From the IMG/VR virus record IMGVR_UViG_3300045999_008055: a stretch of 64,000 nt of DNA; one strand, 5' to 3'. Made by a program: the position numbers and the translations under genes. This stretch comes from a virus. Each line of letters opens with the position of its first letter. Positions within the stretch are counted from its first letter, which is position 1. Positions 26,668-36,701 of the stretch are shown here, piece after piece. The notes below the pieces were generated by a model. The model was not told the DNA's origin, did not search any database, and was given only the letters and a program-made list of their open reading frames with translations.

Positions 26668-27372
26668 ATGCCTATCCCAAACCCTAAGAAGGATGAGAAA
26701 CAAAACGATTACATGGGTCGTTGTATGGAGTTTATGAAAGATGAAAAATACCCACAAAAACAAAAGGTTGCAATTTGTTTAAATACTTATAATGGGCCTC
26801 AAAAAAAAGCTAAAGCAGAAATAGAGATAGATTTTTCACAAGATATTAAAAATATGAATAAAAAAGAAGAAATTAAAACAGAAGAAGCTCCAAAAATTGA
26901 AGCTAAAGTTGAGGAACCAAGAAATACAGCAGTAACCGCCCCAGCAACAGAAGTCAAAGCAGAAGAAATCGTAAAAACAGAAACTAATGCAGAAGTAAAT
27001 GGTAAGGGTGAAATGATTCAAACAACAATGCTTCAAATGCAAAACCAATATAAAATTTTCCATTGGCAAACAATGTCATATTCACAACATAATTCATTTG
27101 GTGGAGTTTATGATTCTTTATCAGATAAAATTGATGAATTTATTGAAACCTATATGGGTAAGTATGGCAGAGTAATTTCCGCAAATACATTTAATCTTTC
27201 ACTTTCAAATTATGCAAGCACAGATTTTGTAAAAGTAACAGATAGTTATATTGAATTTCTTATTGGTTTAAGCAGTCAATTAGACAGTTCCAAGGATTCG
27301 GATCTTTTAAATATTAGAGATGAAATCCTTGGTAGTTTAAATAAATTAAAATATCTTTTAACATTGGTTTAA
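26668..27372 (+). CDS. Fusion of a small phage module with a ferritin/Dps-like (DUF5856-like) domain
   Basis: MPIPNPKKDEKQNDYMGRCM...AICLNTY module, then YKIFHWQT..YSQH...DEFIETYMGKYGR...DLLNIRDEIL; ATG 26668 lies 16 nt after GTGTAT. Confidence 0.7.
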   Translation: MPIPNPKKDEKQNDYMGRCMEFMKDEKYPQKQKVAICLNTYNGPQKKAKAEIEIDFSQDIKNMNKKEEIKTEEAPKIEAKVEEPRNTAVTAPATEVKAEEIVKTETNAEVNGKGEMIQTTMLQMQNQYKIFHWQTMSYSQHNSFGGVYDSLSDKIDEFIETYMGKYGRVISANTFNLSLSNYASTDFVKVTDSYIEFLIGLSSQLDSSKDSDLLNIRDEILGSLNKLKYLLTLV

Positions 27373-27376
27373 AATT

Positions 27377-27670
27377 ATGAGAAAAAAATTAGTTCTGGAA
27401 TTAGATATTACAGAAACAGACGCTTATCAAAAAATATATAAGGGCAAAAAAAGAAGCGAATTAAAAGATAGCGATTTCCTTTTTCCAGAAGATAGATCTT
27501 TTCCTATAACCACGACTCAAGACGTAAGAGACGCAATCAATAACTTTGGCCGTATGAAAAAAGCCATGAGTTATGAAACATTTATTAAAAAACTTTGGAA
27601 TAAAGCTAAATCTAAAGGTTTGCAAGCTGGGATTCCAAAAAGCACAGTAGAAAAATATAATCTTTCTTAA
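27377..27670 (+). CDS. Small basic phage protein (DUF6582-like)
   Basis: RSELKDSDFLFPEDRSFPI...VRDAINNFGR. Confidence 0.6.
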   Translation: MRKKLVLELDITETDAYQKIYKGKKRSELKDSDFLFPEDRSFPITTTQDVRDAINNFGRMKKAMSYETFIKKLWNKAKSKGLQAGIPKSTVEKYNLS

Positions 27671-27699
27671 TTGACATTATTATAATAATCCATTAACAT
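27671..27699 (+). promoter_or_regulatory. Sigma70-like promoter of the glycan cluster
   Basis: TTGACA-17 nt-TAACAT, ending 6 nt before GTG 27706. Confidence 0.7.
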
Positions 27700-27705
27700 A
27701 TACAT

Positions 27706-28614
27706 GTGGATTATAATCTTTTAAATATTGGTGGACATGGTTTAGGTGACTGTATTTTATCTTTACAAATATCTTATCTTTTAAATCAGCAACACATTAA
27801 ACATAAGACTTTAATTTCAACAAGAAATGAAGTCTATAAACCTTTATGGTATATATTTGGAAATGTTTTAGATGTTGAACAGATTAACGAAAATATTGCC
27901 CACGAAAACAGAATTATTACAGATAAAAGTCTTCAAAGCGAATTAAAGTCTAAATATAACGCTTTAAATATTACATATAATGTACCAGATCTTCTTTTTA
28001 GAAGCCCCTTGGCTCTGGACTATAAACAATATGGTTTAAATCCTCAATTAATTAAAAAAACAAGAATACTTAATGGACATTTTGCTAAAAAAGAAAAGAT
28101 TATATATTGCGGATTAACAACCACGACAAAAGGATATACTTATGAGAATATCCCAATTCTTCTCAGATCTTTAGCCGAACATTTGCCCGATTATACTATA
28201 TACTTTCCAAAAGTTAAAAGATGGGACAAAGAAATTAATTATGATAATTTTAATATATCTTTTCCTAAAAATGTTTTTATTCACGATGATCCAACTTTTG
28301 AAGAATCATTAGATTGGTTAGTTAAAAGTGAATATGGTATATTCACATGTAATGGTCCAAGCCATATTGCTTATCAATTAGGAATTCCAAGATTAATTCT
28401 TGATCCTCAATTTAATAGAATACCTTGGATGAGTAGATGGAAAGAAGACTACGAAGAGTGCGTTCCAATTAATACAAACTATAGTGATGTAGTCAAATTA
28501 GTAGATGCAAATATAAAATACCCACAAACGACTTTGATAGATAGAAAATATTTACTTAATCTAATTCAAAATAATCAAACTACTTGGAAAGATATATTTT
28601 TCTTTAAATATTAA
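27706..28614 (+). CDS. GT9-like (heptosyltransferase-family) glycosyltransferase
   Basis: GLGDCIL and TCNGPSHIAYQLGIP. Confidence 0.7.
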   Translation: MDYNLLNIGGHGLGDCILSLQISYLLNQQHIKHKTLISTRNEVYKPLWYIFGNVLDVEQINENIAHENRIITDKSLQSELKSKYNALNITYNVPDLLFRSPLALDYKQYGLNPQLIKKTRILNGHFAKKEKIIYCGLTTTTKGYTYENIPILLRSLAEHLPDYTIYFPKVKRWDKEINYDNFNISFPKNVFIHDDPTFEESLDWLVKSEYGIFTCNGPSHIAYQLGIPRLILDPQFNRIPWMSRWKEDYEECVPINTNYSDVVKLVDANIKYPQTTLIDRKYLLNLIQNNQTTWKDIFFFKY

Positions 28615-28615
28615 A

Positions 28616-29623
28616 ATGAGAGTTTCAGATTATATTGCCAAAAGATTAGTTGAATTAGGAGTAAAGTATGTTTATGGAATAATGGGCGGTGGAGCAGGTG
28701 GTCTTAATGATGGTTTTATAAAAAATAATGATATACAATATATTTGTTTTCATCATGAGCAAGGCGCGGGTCATGCAGCCATAGGAGAAAGTAAAGTAAC
28801 AAAAAAATTATCTGTAGTTAACCCAACTACTGGATGCGGAGGAACAAATTGTTTGACCTCTCTTCTAGATGCATGGCAAGATAGTATTCCTATATTATTT
28901 ATATCTGGAAATGTTAAATTAAATCAAACTAGTTTTTTTATCAATAAGAATAAAAATATATCTATAAGAAAATATGGTGTTCAAGAACATGACATAATCT
29001 CTACAGTTAAATCTATGACAAAATATGCAAAAATTATAGAGTCAGTAGATGAAGTTGCTTATGAATTAGATTGTGCTATTAATGAAGCTTTATCTGGCAG
29101 AATGGGACCAGTTTGGCTTGATATACCAAGTGATATTCAACATGCTCAAATGCCAGAGAATTATAAAGAATTTGAATCTAAAAATATTAATATAAAAAAT
29201 AATGAACTCTCGAATGTTTTAAATATAATCAAACAGTACAATCGTCCTTTAGTTTTAGGTGGTTATGGAGTAGTTTTAAGTAAAACAAATAAAGATTTTA
29301 AAAATTTTATAGAACAAAATAATTTGCCATTTGTCACAACATATTTAGGCATAGAAATCTTAGGATACGAGCATCCTCTTAACATAGGAACAATTGGCAT
29401 CAAGGGAAGTAGATCTGGAAATTTTGCTATTCAAAATTGTGATCTATTACTGATATTAGGCTGTTCTTTAAATTGTTCTCATACAGGATATGATGAAAAC
29501 TTATTTTCACCTAAATCTTATAAAATTATGGTAGATATAGATAAGAATGAATATAATAAATTTAACGATAATAAAATAGATAAATTTATTCAAATGGACT
29601 TGAAGGATTTTTTTAATGAATAA
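28616..29623 (+). CDS. ThDP-dependent acetolactate-synthase-like (YerE-like) enzyme, N-terminal and central domains
   Basis: MRVSDYI, GGG, HHEQGAGHAA, TTGCGGTN, AWQDSIP, SGRMGPVWLDIPSDIQ and NFAIQNCDLLLILG. Confidence 0.9.
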   Translation: MRVSDYIAKRLVELGVKYVYGIMGGGAGGLNDGFIKNNDIQYICFHHEQGAGHAAIGESKVTKKLSVVNPTTGCGGTNCLTSLLDAWQDSIPILFISGNVKLNQTSFFINKNKNISIRKYGVQEHDIISTVKSMTKYAKIIESVDEVAYELDCAINEALSGRMGPVWLDIPSDIQHAQMPENYKEFESKNINIKNNELSNVLNIIKQYNRPLVLGGYGVVLSKTNKDFKNFIEQNNLPFVTTYLGIEILGYEHPLNIGTIGIKGSRSGNFAIQNCDLLLILGCSLNCSHTGYDENLFSPKSYKIMVDIDKNEYNKFNDNKIDKFIQMDLKDFFNE

Positions 29624-30368
29624 AGAAGAATGGATAGAAAAATGTAAATATTGGAAAAATAAATGGCCAATATTTATAGATGAGTTTAAAAATGATGAGA
29701 ATGGCGTTAATCTATATTCTTTTATAGAGATTCTTAATAAAAATATGACAGAAAAAGAGATCATAGTTTGCGATGCAGGTTCGGCAATCTATGTTCCATG
29801 TCAAAACCTTAAATTAAAATTAAACCAAATATTTGTTTTGTCTGGCGCGCAAGCAGATATGGGCTTTGCTTTACCAGCTGGTATAGGAGCCTATTTTGGA
29901 GATTCAACCAAGAATATCTTGGTAATTACAGGGGATGGAAGCTTTAATTCTAATCTACAAGAATTAGCAACAATAAAAAATTTTAATATACCAATCAAGA
30001 TTTTTATATGGAACAATAAAGGCTATTTAAGTATTAAAAATACACAAAATAAATTCTATGAAAAAAGAGTCTACGGAACTAGCGCAGGAAAAGGATTGTG
30101 GTTTCCAGACCTAAAAAAAGTAGCAGAAACATATGAATTAGATTATATTAAAATATCTAGTAACCAAGGATTAGAAGATAATATTAAAGAAATTATCAAT
30201 CAAAAGAAACCAATTTTATGCGAAGTCTCTTGTAAAGAAGATCAAGAGGTTATTCCAACTGTTTCTTTTAAAAAAGATCAAAGTACAGGTAAAAATATTC
30301 AATGTGGACTAGATGATATGTATCCATTCTTAGACGACCAAGAAAGAGAAAGGGAGATGATAAAATGA
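29616..30368 (+). CDS. ThDP-dependent enzyme, C-terminal ThDP-binding domain
   Basis: MGFALPAGIGA and the GDGSFNSNLQEL...WNNKGYLSI ThDP motif. Confidence 0.9.
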   Translation: MNKEEWIEKCKYWKNKWPIFIDEFKNDENGVNLYSFIEILNKNMTEKEIIVCDAGSAIYVPCQNLKLKLNQIFVLSGAQADMGFALPAGIGAYFGDSTKNILVITGDGSFNSNLQELATIKNFNIPIKIFIWNNKGYLSIKNTQNKFYEKRVYGTSAGKGLWFPDLKKVAETYELDYIKISSNQGLEDNIKEIINQKKPILCEVSCKEDQEVIPTVSFKKDQSTGKNIQCGLDDMYPFLDDQEREREMIK

Positions 30369-31294
30369 AAAAAAATATTGTTACTTTCAATAAAATGAAA
30401 GATCTAAATGAAAAAATCACTTGGATAACTGCTTATAATTATCCAATCGCATTTGCAGCAGAAAAAGCTGGAATTGATATGATTTTAGTTGGAGACTCTG
30501 GAGGAATGGTTGAATTAGGATATGAAACTACAAATCCCGTGACGATGGATGAAATGATAAGTTTTGCTAAAGCCGCAAGAAGAGGAGCACCAAATACATT
30601 TATAGTTGGTGATATGCCTCAAGGATCATATGAAGTATCCGAGGAAGAAGCTGTAAAAAATGCTCTTAGATTTGTTAAAGAAGCAGGATGTGATGCTATT
30701 AAGTTGGAAGGCGGTAAAAGAGTCGAAGATAAAATCAAAGCAATTGTTAATGCTGGTATTTTAGTCGTTGGACATCTCGGATTAACTCCTCAAAGTGCTG
30801 TTAGTTTTGGAGGATATAGAGTGCAAGGGAAAACTCAGGAAAGTTTTGAAGAAATGCTTGACGATGCAAAAGCAATAGAATACGCGGGATGTTCTATGAT
30901 CCTATTAGAAGCAGTACCCGCGAAAGTTGCGGAACAGATATCTATACAATTAAAAATTCCAATTATGGGAATTGGAGCAGGAGATTTAGTAGATGGACAA
31001 TTGATAATTGCCCATGATCTTTTGGGCTTACATCCAAATTTTAGACCTTGGTTTGCAAAATGTTATATTTCAGAAATTGTAGATAATTATTCAGATACTA
31101 TTAAATCTCAAGAGAATATTAAAAAATACGGAATTGATACAAGACAAGATGGAATATTAAATATAACAACACTAGCAATTAGAAAATATATAGAAGAAGT
31201 AAAACAAAATAAATATCCATGCAAAGATTATATCTACCCAATTAAAGAAGAAGAGCTACAGAATGTGATGAATTCTAAAAGTTGGAAATCTTAA
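30365..31294 (+). CDS. panB: Ketopantoate hydroxymethyltransferase family protein
   Basis: ITAY, ILVGDS, VTMDEM, VGDMP, AIKLEGG, GHLGLTPQ and MGIGAG...DGQ. Confidence 0.92.
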   Translation: MKKNIVTFNKMKDLNEKITWITAYNYPIAFAAEKAGIDMILVGDSGGMVELGYETTNPVTMDEMISFAKAARRGAPNTFIVGDMPQGSYEVSEEEAVKNALRFVKEAGCDAIKLEGGKRVEDKIKAIVNAGILVVGHLGLTPQSAVSFGGYRVQGKTQESFEEMLDDAKAIEYAGCSMILLEAVPAKVAEQISIQLKIPIMGIGAGDLVDGQLIIAHDLLGLHPNFRPWFAKCYISEIVDNYSDTIKSQENIKKYGIDTRQDGILNITTLAIRKYIEEVKQNKYPCKDYIYPIKEEELQNVMNSKSWKS

Positions 31295-31295
31295 A

Positions 31296-32078
31296 ATGTT
31301 AAAGATATTAATCACAGGAGGAAATGGATATATAGGAAGATCTTTATATTCTGTATTTAATAGAAAATATAATTGTAAATCTATTTCGATTTTAGATTTC
31401 GATCTTTCAAATCCACATCAAACAAAAAGATGGTTTGAAGAAAATGAATACTATGATATAGTTATTCATACAGCAATTAAAGGCGGTATGAGACTAGTTA
31501 AAGATACTGCAAATGTCATGGATGTAAACCTTAAAATGTATTACAATTTACTTGAAAATAAAGATCATTTTAATAAACTCATATCCTTCGGTTCAGGCGC
31601 AGAGATATTCCAACCAGAAACACCATACGGTTTAAGTAAAAAAATAATAGCAGAATCAATCAAAGAAATTGATAATTTTTATAATATAAGAATTTTTGCA
31701 GTTTTTGACAAGAATGAATTAAACACAAGATTTATTAAATGTAATTTATTTAAATACATAAACAAAGAGCCGATTGATATATTTACTAATAAAGTTATGG
31801 ATTTTTTCTATATGCAAGATTTGATTAATCTTGTTGATTATTATATTTTAAATGATAAACTAGATAAAGAAATTAATTGTTCTTATAAACAAAAACATAC
31901 ATTAGAAGACATAAGCGAATTCATTAATAATCTAGGAGAACATAAAGTAAAAGTCAATCTACAAAATAATAAAGATTTGCAATTCTATTGTGGACAAAGC
32001 AATCTGCCAATAACTACAATAGGTTTGGAAAAAGGCATACAAAATACTTATAGACAACTATTATTATCTACGTTATAA
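31296..32078 (+). CDS. NAD-dependent epimerase/reductase (extended SDR)
   Basis: ITGGNGYIG, FGSGAE and YGLSK. Confidence 0.85.
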   Translation: MLKILITGGNGYIGRSLYSVFNRKYNCKSISILDFDLSNPHQTKRWFEENEYYDIVIHTAIKGGMRLVKDTANVMDVNLKMYYNLLENKDHFNKLISFGSGAEIFQPETPYGLSKKIIAESIKEIDNFYNIRIFAVFDKNELNTRFIKCNLFKYINKEPIDIFTNKVMDFFYMQDLINLVDYYILNDKLDKEINCSYKQKHTLEDISEFINNLGEHKVKVNLQNNKDLQFYCGQSNLPITTIGLEKGIQNTYRQLLLSTL

Positions 32079-32084
32079 TTTAAT

Positions 32085-32954
32085 ATGCTAAAAGAAGGAA
32101 AAAATTTAAAAATAATAGGTTTAAGACCTAGCAAAGGCGGCGACTTAATTACATCTCTACCTATTTTGAATCTTTTAGAAAAGAAATATCCAAATTCATA
32201 TAAAACTGTATCGGTAGCAAAGAAAAACGCTGTATTTGCTCAATTGTTATACAATCAACCATTAATTGACAGGATTCATATTAATGAGATCTTAGAAAAT
32301 CCGAATGAAGCAGATATAGCTTTTTTTAAATCACATGACATTATTATTCCTCCAGATCTTCAACATCCAGATCCATTTTGGTATAATAAATATCATATGG
32401 TAGAAGAAAATTTTATAATGATGGGATTAAATTGGAATGATTTAGATCCAGAATTAAGAACACCAAAATTAATCAAATGGTTTGATATAGAATATAATCC
32501 TAAGACAATAGCTGTTTGGCCGATGGCTGGTAATGGATTAGATATAAAAAGAAGTCCAACAAAAGAATGGTATAAAAAACTTGTATTAAGAATACTTCAA
32601 GAAACTGATTTTAAAATAATACAATTTGGTCACCCAAACGATTTTAATATTTTAAATACAACCGAAGAGGCAAAAGGAAGATTCTTTATTGCTAAACATT
32701 TAGATTTTCTTGATCAAATTAGAACAACTTTGGGATGTTCTTTTATGATTGGAACAGATGCTGGAAGTAGTTTAGTAATGGGCGCGTATGAATTCCCACA
32801 GATTACGTTGTTGACAGATTGGATGACTAATCACATCTCAAATTTTGAAGCACTAGCACCAATGAATAAAAATAATATATCTATATTTGAGAAGGGTGGA
32901 TGTGATAATATAAAAGACGATCAAGTAATAAATGCTATCAATTTATTAAAATGA
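32085..32954 (+). CDS. GT9-like glycosyltransferase
   Basis: GGDLITSLP...KKYPN and IGTDAG. Confidence 0.7.
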   Translation: MLKEGKNLKIIGLRPSKGGDLITSLPILNLLEKKYPNSYKTVSVAKKNAVFAQLLYNQPLIDRIHINEILENPNEADIAFFKSHDIIIPPDLQHPDPFWYNKYHMVEENFIMMGLNWNDLDPELRTPKLIKWFDIEYNPKTIAVWPMAGNGLDIKRSPTKEWYKKLVLRILQETDFKIIQFGHPNDFNILNTTEEAKGRFFIAKHLDFLDQIRTTLGCSFMIGTDAGSSLVMGAYEFPQITLLTDWMTNHISNFEALAPMNKNNISIFEKGGCDNIKDDQVINAINLLK

Positions 32955-33643
32955 ATAGAAAGATAGAACTAATTACAGTATGTAAAAAATATTCTGATTT
33001 TCTGAAGATTACTTTACCGATCAATAAAAAATATTTTGATAATGTCATCGTTATTACTGATCAGGAAGATATTGAAACTCAAGAGTTATGTAAAAAAGAA
33101 AATGTTAATTTTGTCATTTACGATGGATTCAATAAGATGAATGCAAAGTTTAATTTCGGTGGAGCAAGAAATTTTGGAATACAGAATTTAAAATATTGTG
33201 ATTGGGTCATCTTTCTTGATTCAGACATAATTATCGAAGATCAAAATTTCAGAAGAATTATAGATATTGATAACATAGATATTAATAAATTTTATGGCTC
33301 ATACAGAAGATTTATTCCAACATACAAAGATTATCTATTATATAGAAATGGATTAAAGACAAAAGATGATTTTGAAGCTATAGAAGGAAGTGGTTGTGGA
33401 TTCTTTCAATGCATAAACTTAAATAGTGATGTAGCTAGATATTATGGACTAGCTAATTTATATAAAGACAGCTATTCTTCAATAGAAGTAGATATTAATT
33501 TCCTTAAATTATGGTGTCCAAGAATTGATCCAGAGAATCATCCTAGATTGGTAAAAACAAATATAGAATTATTACATCTTGGTACATCAGATGGAAGGCA
33601 TCATTATGGACGAGATGAAAAAGACCCTTTCTTTAGAGAATAA
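32951..33643 (+). CDS. GT2-like glycosyltransferase
   Basis: FNFGGARN, FLDSD and GFFQ. Confidence 0.7.
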   Translation: MNRKIELITVCKKYSDFLKITLPINKKYFDNVIVITDQEDIETQELCKKENVNFVIYDGFNKMNAKFNFGGARNFGIQNLKYCDWVIFLDSDIIIEDQNFRRIIDIDNIDINKFYGSYRRFIPTYKDYLLYRNGLKTKDDFEAIEGSGCGFFQCINLNSDVARYYGLANLYKDSYSSIEVDINFLKLWCPRIDPENHPRLVKTNIELLHLGTSDGRHHYGRDEKDPFFRE

Positions 33644-33646
33644 AAA

Positions 33647-34507
33647 ATGAAAACTATTGCCGTTATAATTGCAGACGATAATACATCAGCTTGGAGAATG
33701 AAGGCTATAAATTCTTTTAAATTTTTCCATCCAGATATTAATTTAATTCATTATTCAAATGAAGAAATAAAAAATATAATTGAGAAATATAACTTAGAAA
33801 AAGTTGAAATAAATCTTAGATTTGTTGGCCCATTAATATTAAAAGAAGTATGGGAAAAGGAAAATCCAGATCTATTAATTAAAATAGGTAATGATACTTT
33901 GACTTTAGGTAGATTTGATGAGATATTAAATAATAAATATGATGTTGCCGCTGGAAGAAATGATACAAATTTAATAAATAATAAAGACGAAAGAATTAAT
34001 AGACCAGATGAAATAAAAGAAATACCAAATAACGAATGGGTAAACGCAGATCTTATAGCTATAAGGAATAAAAATTTTTTAGATGAATATGTTAATTTAA
34101 CTTTAGACTATGCTTTTGGAAGAAAAATGGCGATCAATTCTTTTGGTAAAACTTACAATGGAGATTGCCAAATGTCATTAAATGTCATCTTTAGAAATCG
34201 AGGTTATAATAGTTTAATTTTAGATAAAGATACTTCTGGAGTTATATATAATGCTTCTGGTAATTGGACCGGTGGAGAAGATAAAAGACCAGCGTGTTTA
34301 CAATGGCATCCAAATAATTGGACGAGTTGGAAATATATTTATTTTGATGAACAAAAATGTATAATGCCAGATTTAGGAATAGGTTGTGGAGATAGAGTAG
34401 TTAAATGTCTTCATCATTGTGGTGGAGATTTAAAATATAAGCTTTCTTGGGATTTTTTTAATGAAGATTTCTTACCTTATTTAAGAAAAATTACTGGAGT
34501 TAATTAA
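33647..34507 (+). CDS. Putative glycosyltransferase (GT-A / GT8-like)
   Basis: NSFKFFHPDI, WVNAD, QMSLN and LHHCGG; cluster context. Confidence 0.5.
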   Translation: MKTIAVIIADDNTSAWRMKAINSFKFFHPDINLIHYSNEEIKNIIEKYNLEKVEINLRFVGPLILKEVWEKENPDLLIKIGNDTLTLGRFDEILNNKYDVAAGRNDTNLINNKDERINRPDEIKEIPNNEWVNADLIAIRNKNFLDEYVNLTLDYAFGRKMAINSFGKTYNGDCQMSLNVIFRNRGYNSLILDKDTSGVIYNASGNWTGGEDKRPACLQWHPNNWTSWKYIYFDEQKCIMPDLGIGCGDRVVKCLHHCGGDLKYKLSWDFFNEDFLPYLRKITGVN

Positions 34508-34508
34508 T

Positions 34509-34865
34509 ATGATTAAAATTTCTGTAGATTATGGATATGCATTTGATGTTCTAGCTATTGTAGAAGTAAAAAATAAAATTGTTGGTAAAAAAGGCGAAAA
34601 TTATTATAGACTTTATAAAGATATCGAAGAGCAAATTGGACGAGAAAAGATGGATGAAGTTATAAATAGTAACGAATATATAAAATTAATAGACACAAAT
34701 CAAAAGGTATTTGATTTAGTTGATCAAGCTCAAAAAGATAATGGATTAGCTAAACAAGTAGACTCTGCAAATTATGAGAGATACATAGTTAAAACTAATT
34801 TACAAAAAAAATTCTTTAACGAAAATATCACAGAAATTAAACTAGGATATAATAATGAAAGTTAA
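34509..34865 (+). CDS. DUF6165-like protein
   Basis: ISVDYGYAFDVLAIVEVK...NYERYIVKTNL...EIK. Confidence 0.55.
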   Translation: MIKISVDYGYAFDVLAIVEVKNKIVGKKGENYYRLYKDIEEQIGREKMDEVINSNEYIKLIDTNQKVFDLVDQAQKDNGLAKQVDSANYERYIVKTNLQKKFFNENITEIKLGYNNES

Positions 34866-35727
34866 AATTTTTGGTTGGAGAAATATAAACTTAGATCAAA
34901 TCTCAAGAATTGAAGAAGGTCTAAGATTCTTAGGGCAAGAAATTGTAGAAAATGATCCAGAGATAATATATTCCCACGATTTTACTGAGATAGATAAAGC
35001 TTATGAATATAAATTAAAATATCCAAATGCAAAATATTTACAAAAAGTATTAGATCTACCGATACATTTATTTAACACTCAATTTTTTGATCTTAATAAA
35101 ACTAAAGAAAAATTACTTAGAGCAGATATTATATTAAGTAATAGCCAAACAGTTAAAAATAATATTAAGAAATATTTAGGGCTAGATAGCTTTGTTGTTT
35201 ATGATGCAATTAAAGACGTTGAAAATATTAATTTAGATAAAGATATTCCATTTCTTTATATAGGTAGAGCAAATGATCCAAATAAAAGATTTAATTTAAT
35301 TCGACAGACATTTAAGCTATTAAATTTATCTGAAGAGAAAATAACTATTATTGGTCCAGATAATCCTAATTTTGGCAATTATAAAGGGGTAGTTAATGAT
35401 ATAGATCTAAATTCATATTATAATAGATCTAAATATATTATATTTCCTAGTTATATAGAAGGAATTGGATTACCACCTATAGAAGGTATTATATGTAATT
35501 CAATACCAATACTTTGTAGCGATAATGAAACAAGTTATGAATTCTTAGACCAAAAATTAATCTGTGATCCAAATCCTTATTCTATCGCAGGTAAGCTTAT
35601 TGATATAGAGAATAATTATAAATTATATTTAAATTTAATTAATTTATATTCACCAAAATATAAGAACTTTTTTAATAAAAATACTATAGCTCAAAACATT
35701 ATTAATGCTTTCAACAGTATTAAATAA
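34855..35727 (+). CDS. GT4-like glycosyltransferase
   Basis: YIGRAND.NK and FPSYIEGIGLPPIEG. Confidence 0.85.
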   Translation: MKVKIFGWRNINLDQISRIEEGLRFLGQEIVENDPEIIYSHDFTEIDKAYEYKLKYPNAKYLQKVLDLPIHLFNTQFFDLNKTKEKLLRADIILSNSQTVKNNIKKYLGLDSFVVYDAIKDVENINLDKDIPFLYIGRANDPNKRFNLIRQTFKLLNLSEEKITIIGPDNPNFGNYKGVVNDIDLNSYYNRSKYIIFPSYIEGIGLPPIEGIICNSIPILCSDNETSYEFLDQKLICDPNPYSIAGKLIDIENNYKLYLNLINLYSPKYKNFFNKNTIAQNIINAFNSIK

Positions 35728-35765
35728 TCTCTTGATTTGATTTTAAATATATAGTAAAATTGACT

Positions 35766-36701
35766 ATGGTTAAGCCCTGGCTTCTTACAATGACGCAAGA
35801 GCGTCGAGAGCATATATCTTTAATGTTGAGAAATATATATCCTACATTTAAAGGAGTCATATCTTTAGTTAATTTACCATCAAATGATGGGACAATCGAA
35901 CTACTAGAACAAAACAAAGGCGAGGGTAGAGTTATTACTCAAAATTGGACTCAGAACCATGCATTTTTAATGAATCATCTTTTATATTATGGAAATATAA
36001 AAAATGGAGAATATTGTTTATATTTAGATTCTCCAGAATCATTAACAGATTATTTTGTAGAACAATTACCAAGTCTTTTAGAAGATTTTGAAAAAAATAA
36101 TGTTGGCGCATTATTTTGGGATCAAAGACCATATATATTTAAATATAATCCATATATGGAATTCTTTGGGGCAGTTCATTGGGGTTTAAGTAATATATAT
36201 GGTAAAATTATAACTTTACCAGAAAAAGAAAAATATATTATAAATAGAAGAAAAGATACACCAAAATTTTTTGGATCAATTAATGGAACAAAATATTATG
36301 TATGTTACTTTCTTGGTAATGATACTCAACTAGTATATGGAAAATATGGACAAAATATAGTAAATCATCATGAAAATCTAAGAAGACAATTCCAAATGTA
36401 TTGTATGGAAAAACTTAAATTAAATATTAATACATTAGATGACATGATTAATTATATGAAAAAAATTAAAAATAAAGAAATCTCTCCAGAGAATTATTTT
36501 ATTGAGATGGTTGAATTAGAGTTTAGACTAAGTGAGTTATTTCAGATAGAAGTTTTAAACCAAGATTTTATAAATGATGTTGTTCCAAGGAGATATAAGT
36601 TTTCTTTTAAAGATTATTTAAATGGTGGATCTGGATATCCAGAAGAATACCTTGGGACTATATTAAAATATAATAGACAATTCAATATACAAGATGATTA
36701 A
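35766..36701 (+). CDS. Putative GT-A glycosyltransferase
   Basis: SNDGTIELL, YLDSPE and GAVH; TTGATT-17 nt-TAAAAT directly upstream of ATG 35766. Confidence 0.55.
   Translation: MVKPWLLTMTQERREHISLMLRNIYPTFKGVISLVNLPSNDGTIELLEQNKGEGRVITQNWTQNHAFLMNHLLYYGNIKNGEYCLYLDSPESLTDYFVEQLPSLLEDFEKNNVGALFWDQRPYIFKYNPYMEFFGAVHWGLSNIYGKIITLPEKEKYIINRRKDTPKFFGSINGTKYYVCYFLGNDTQLVYGKYGQNIVNHHENLRRQFQMYCMEKLKLNINTLDDMINYMKKIKNKEISPENYFIEMVELEFRLSELFQIEVLNQDFINDVVPRRYKFSFKDYLNGGSGYPEEYLGTILKYNRQFNIQDD

Noticed and set aside
30365-31294. PanB as a DNA-base hydroxymethylase, or as part of a complete pantothenate pathway
   Set aside because: PanB chemistry needs an enolisable 2-oxo acid, whereas phage base hydroxymethylases belong to the thymidylate synthase family. 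No other pan gene is in the window.
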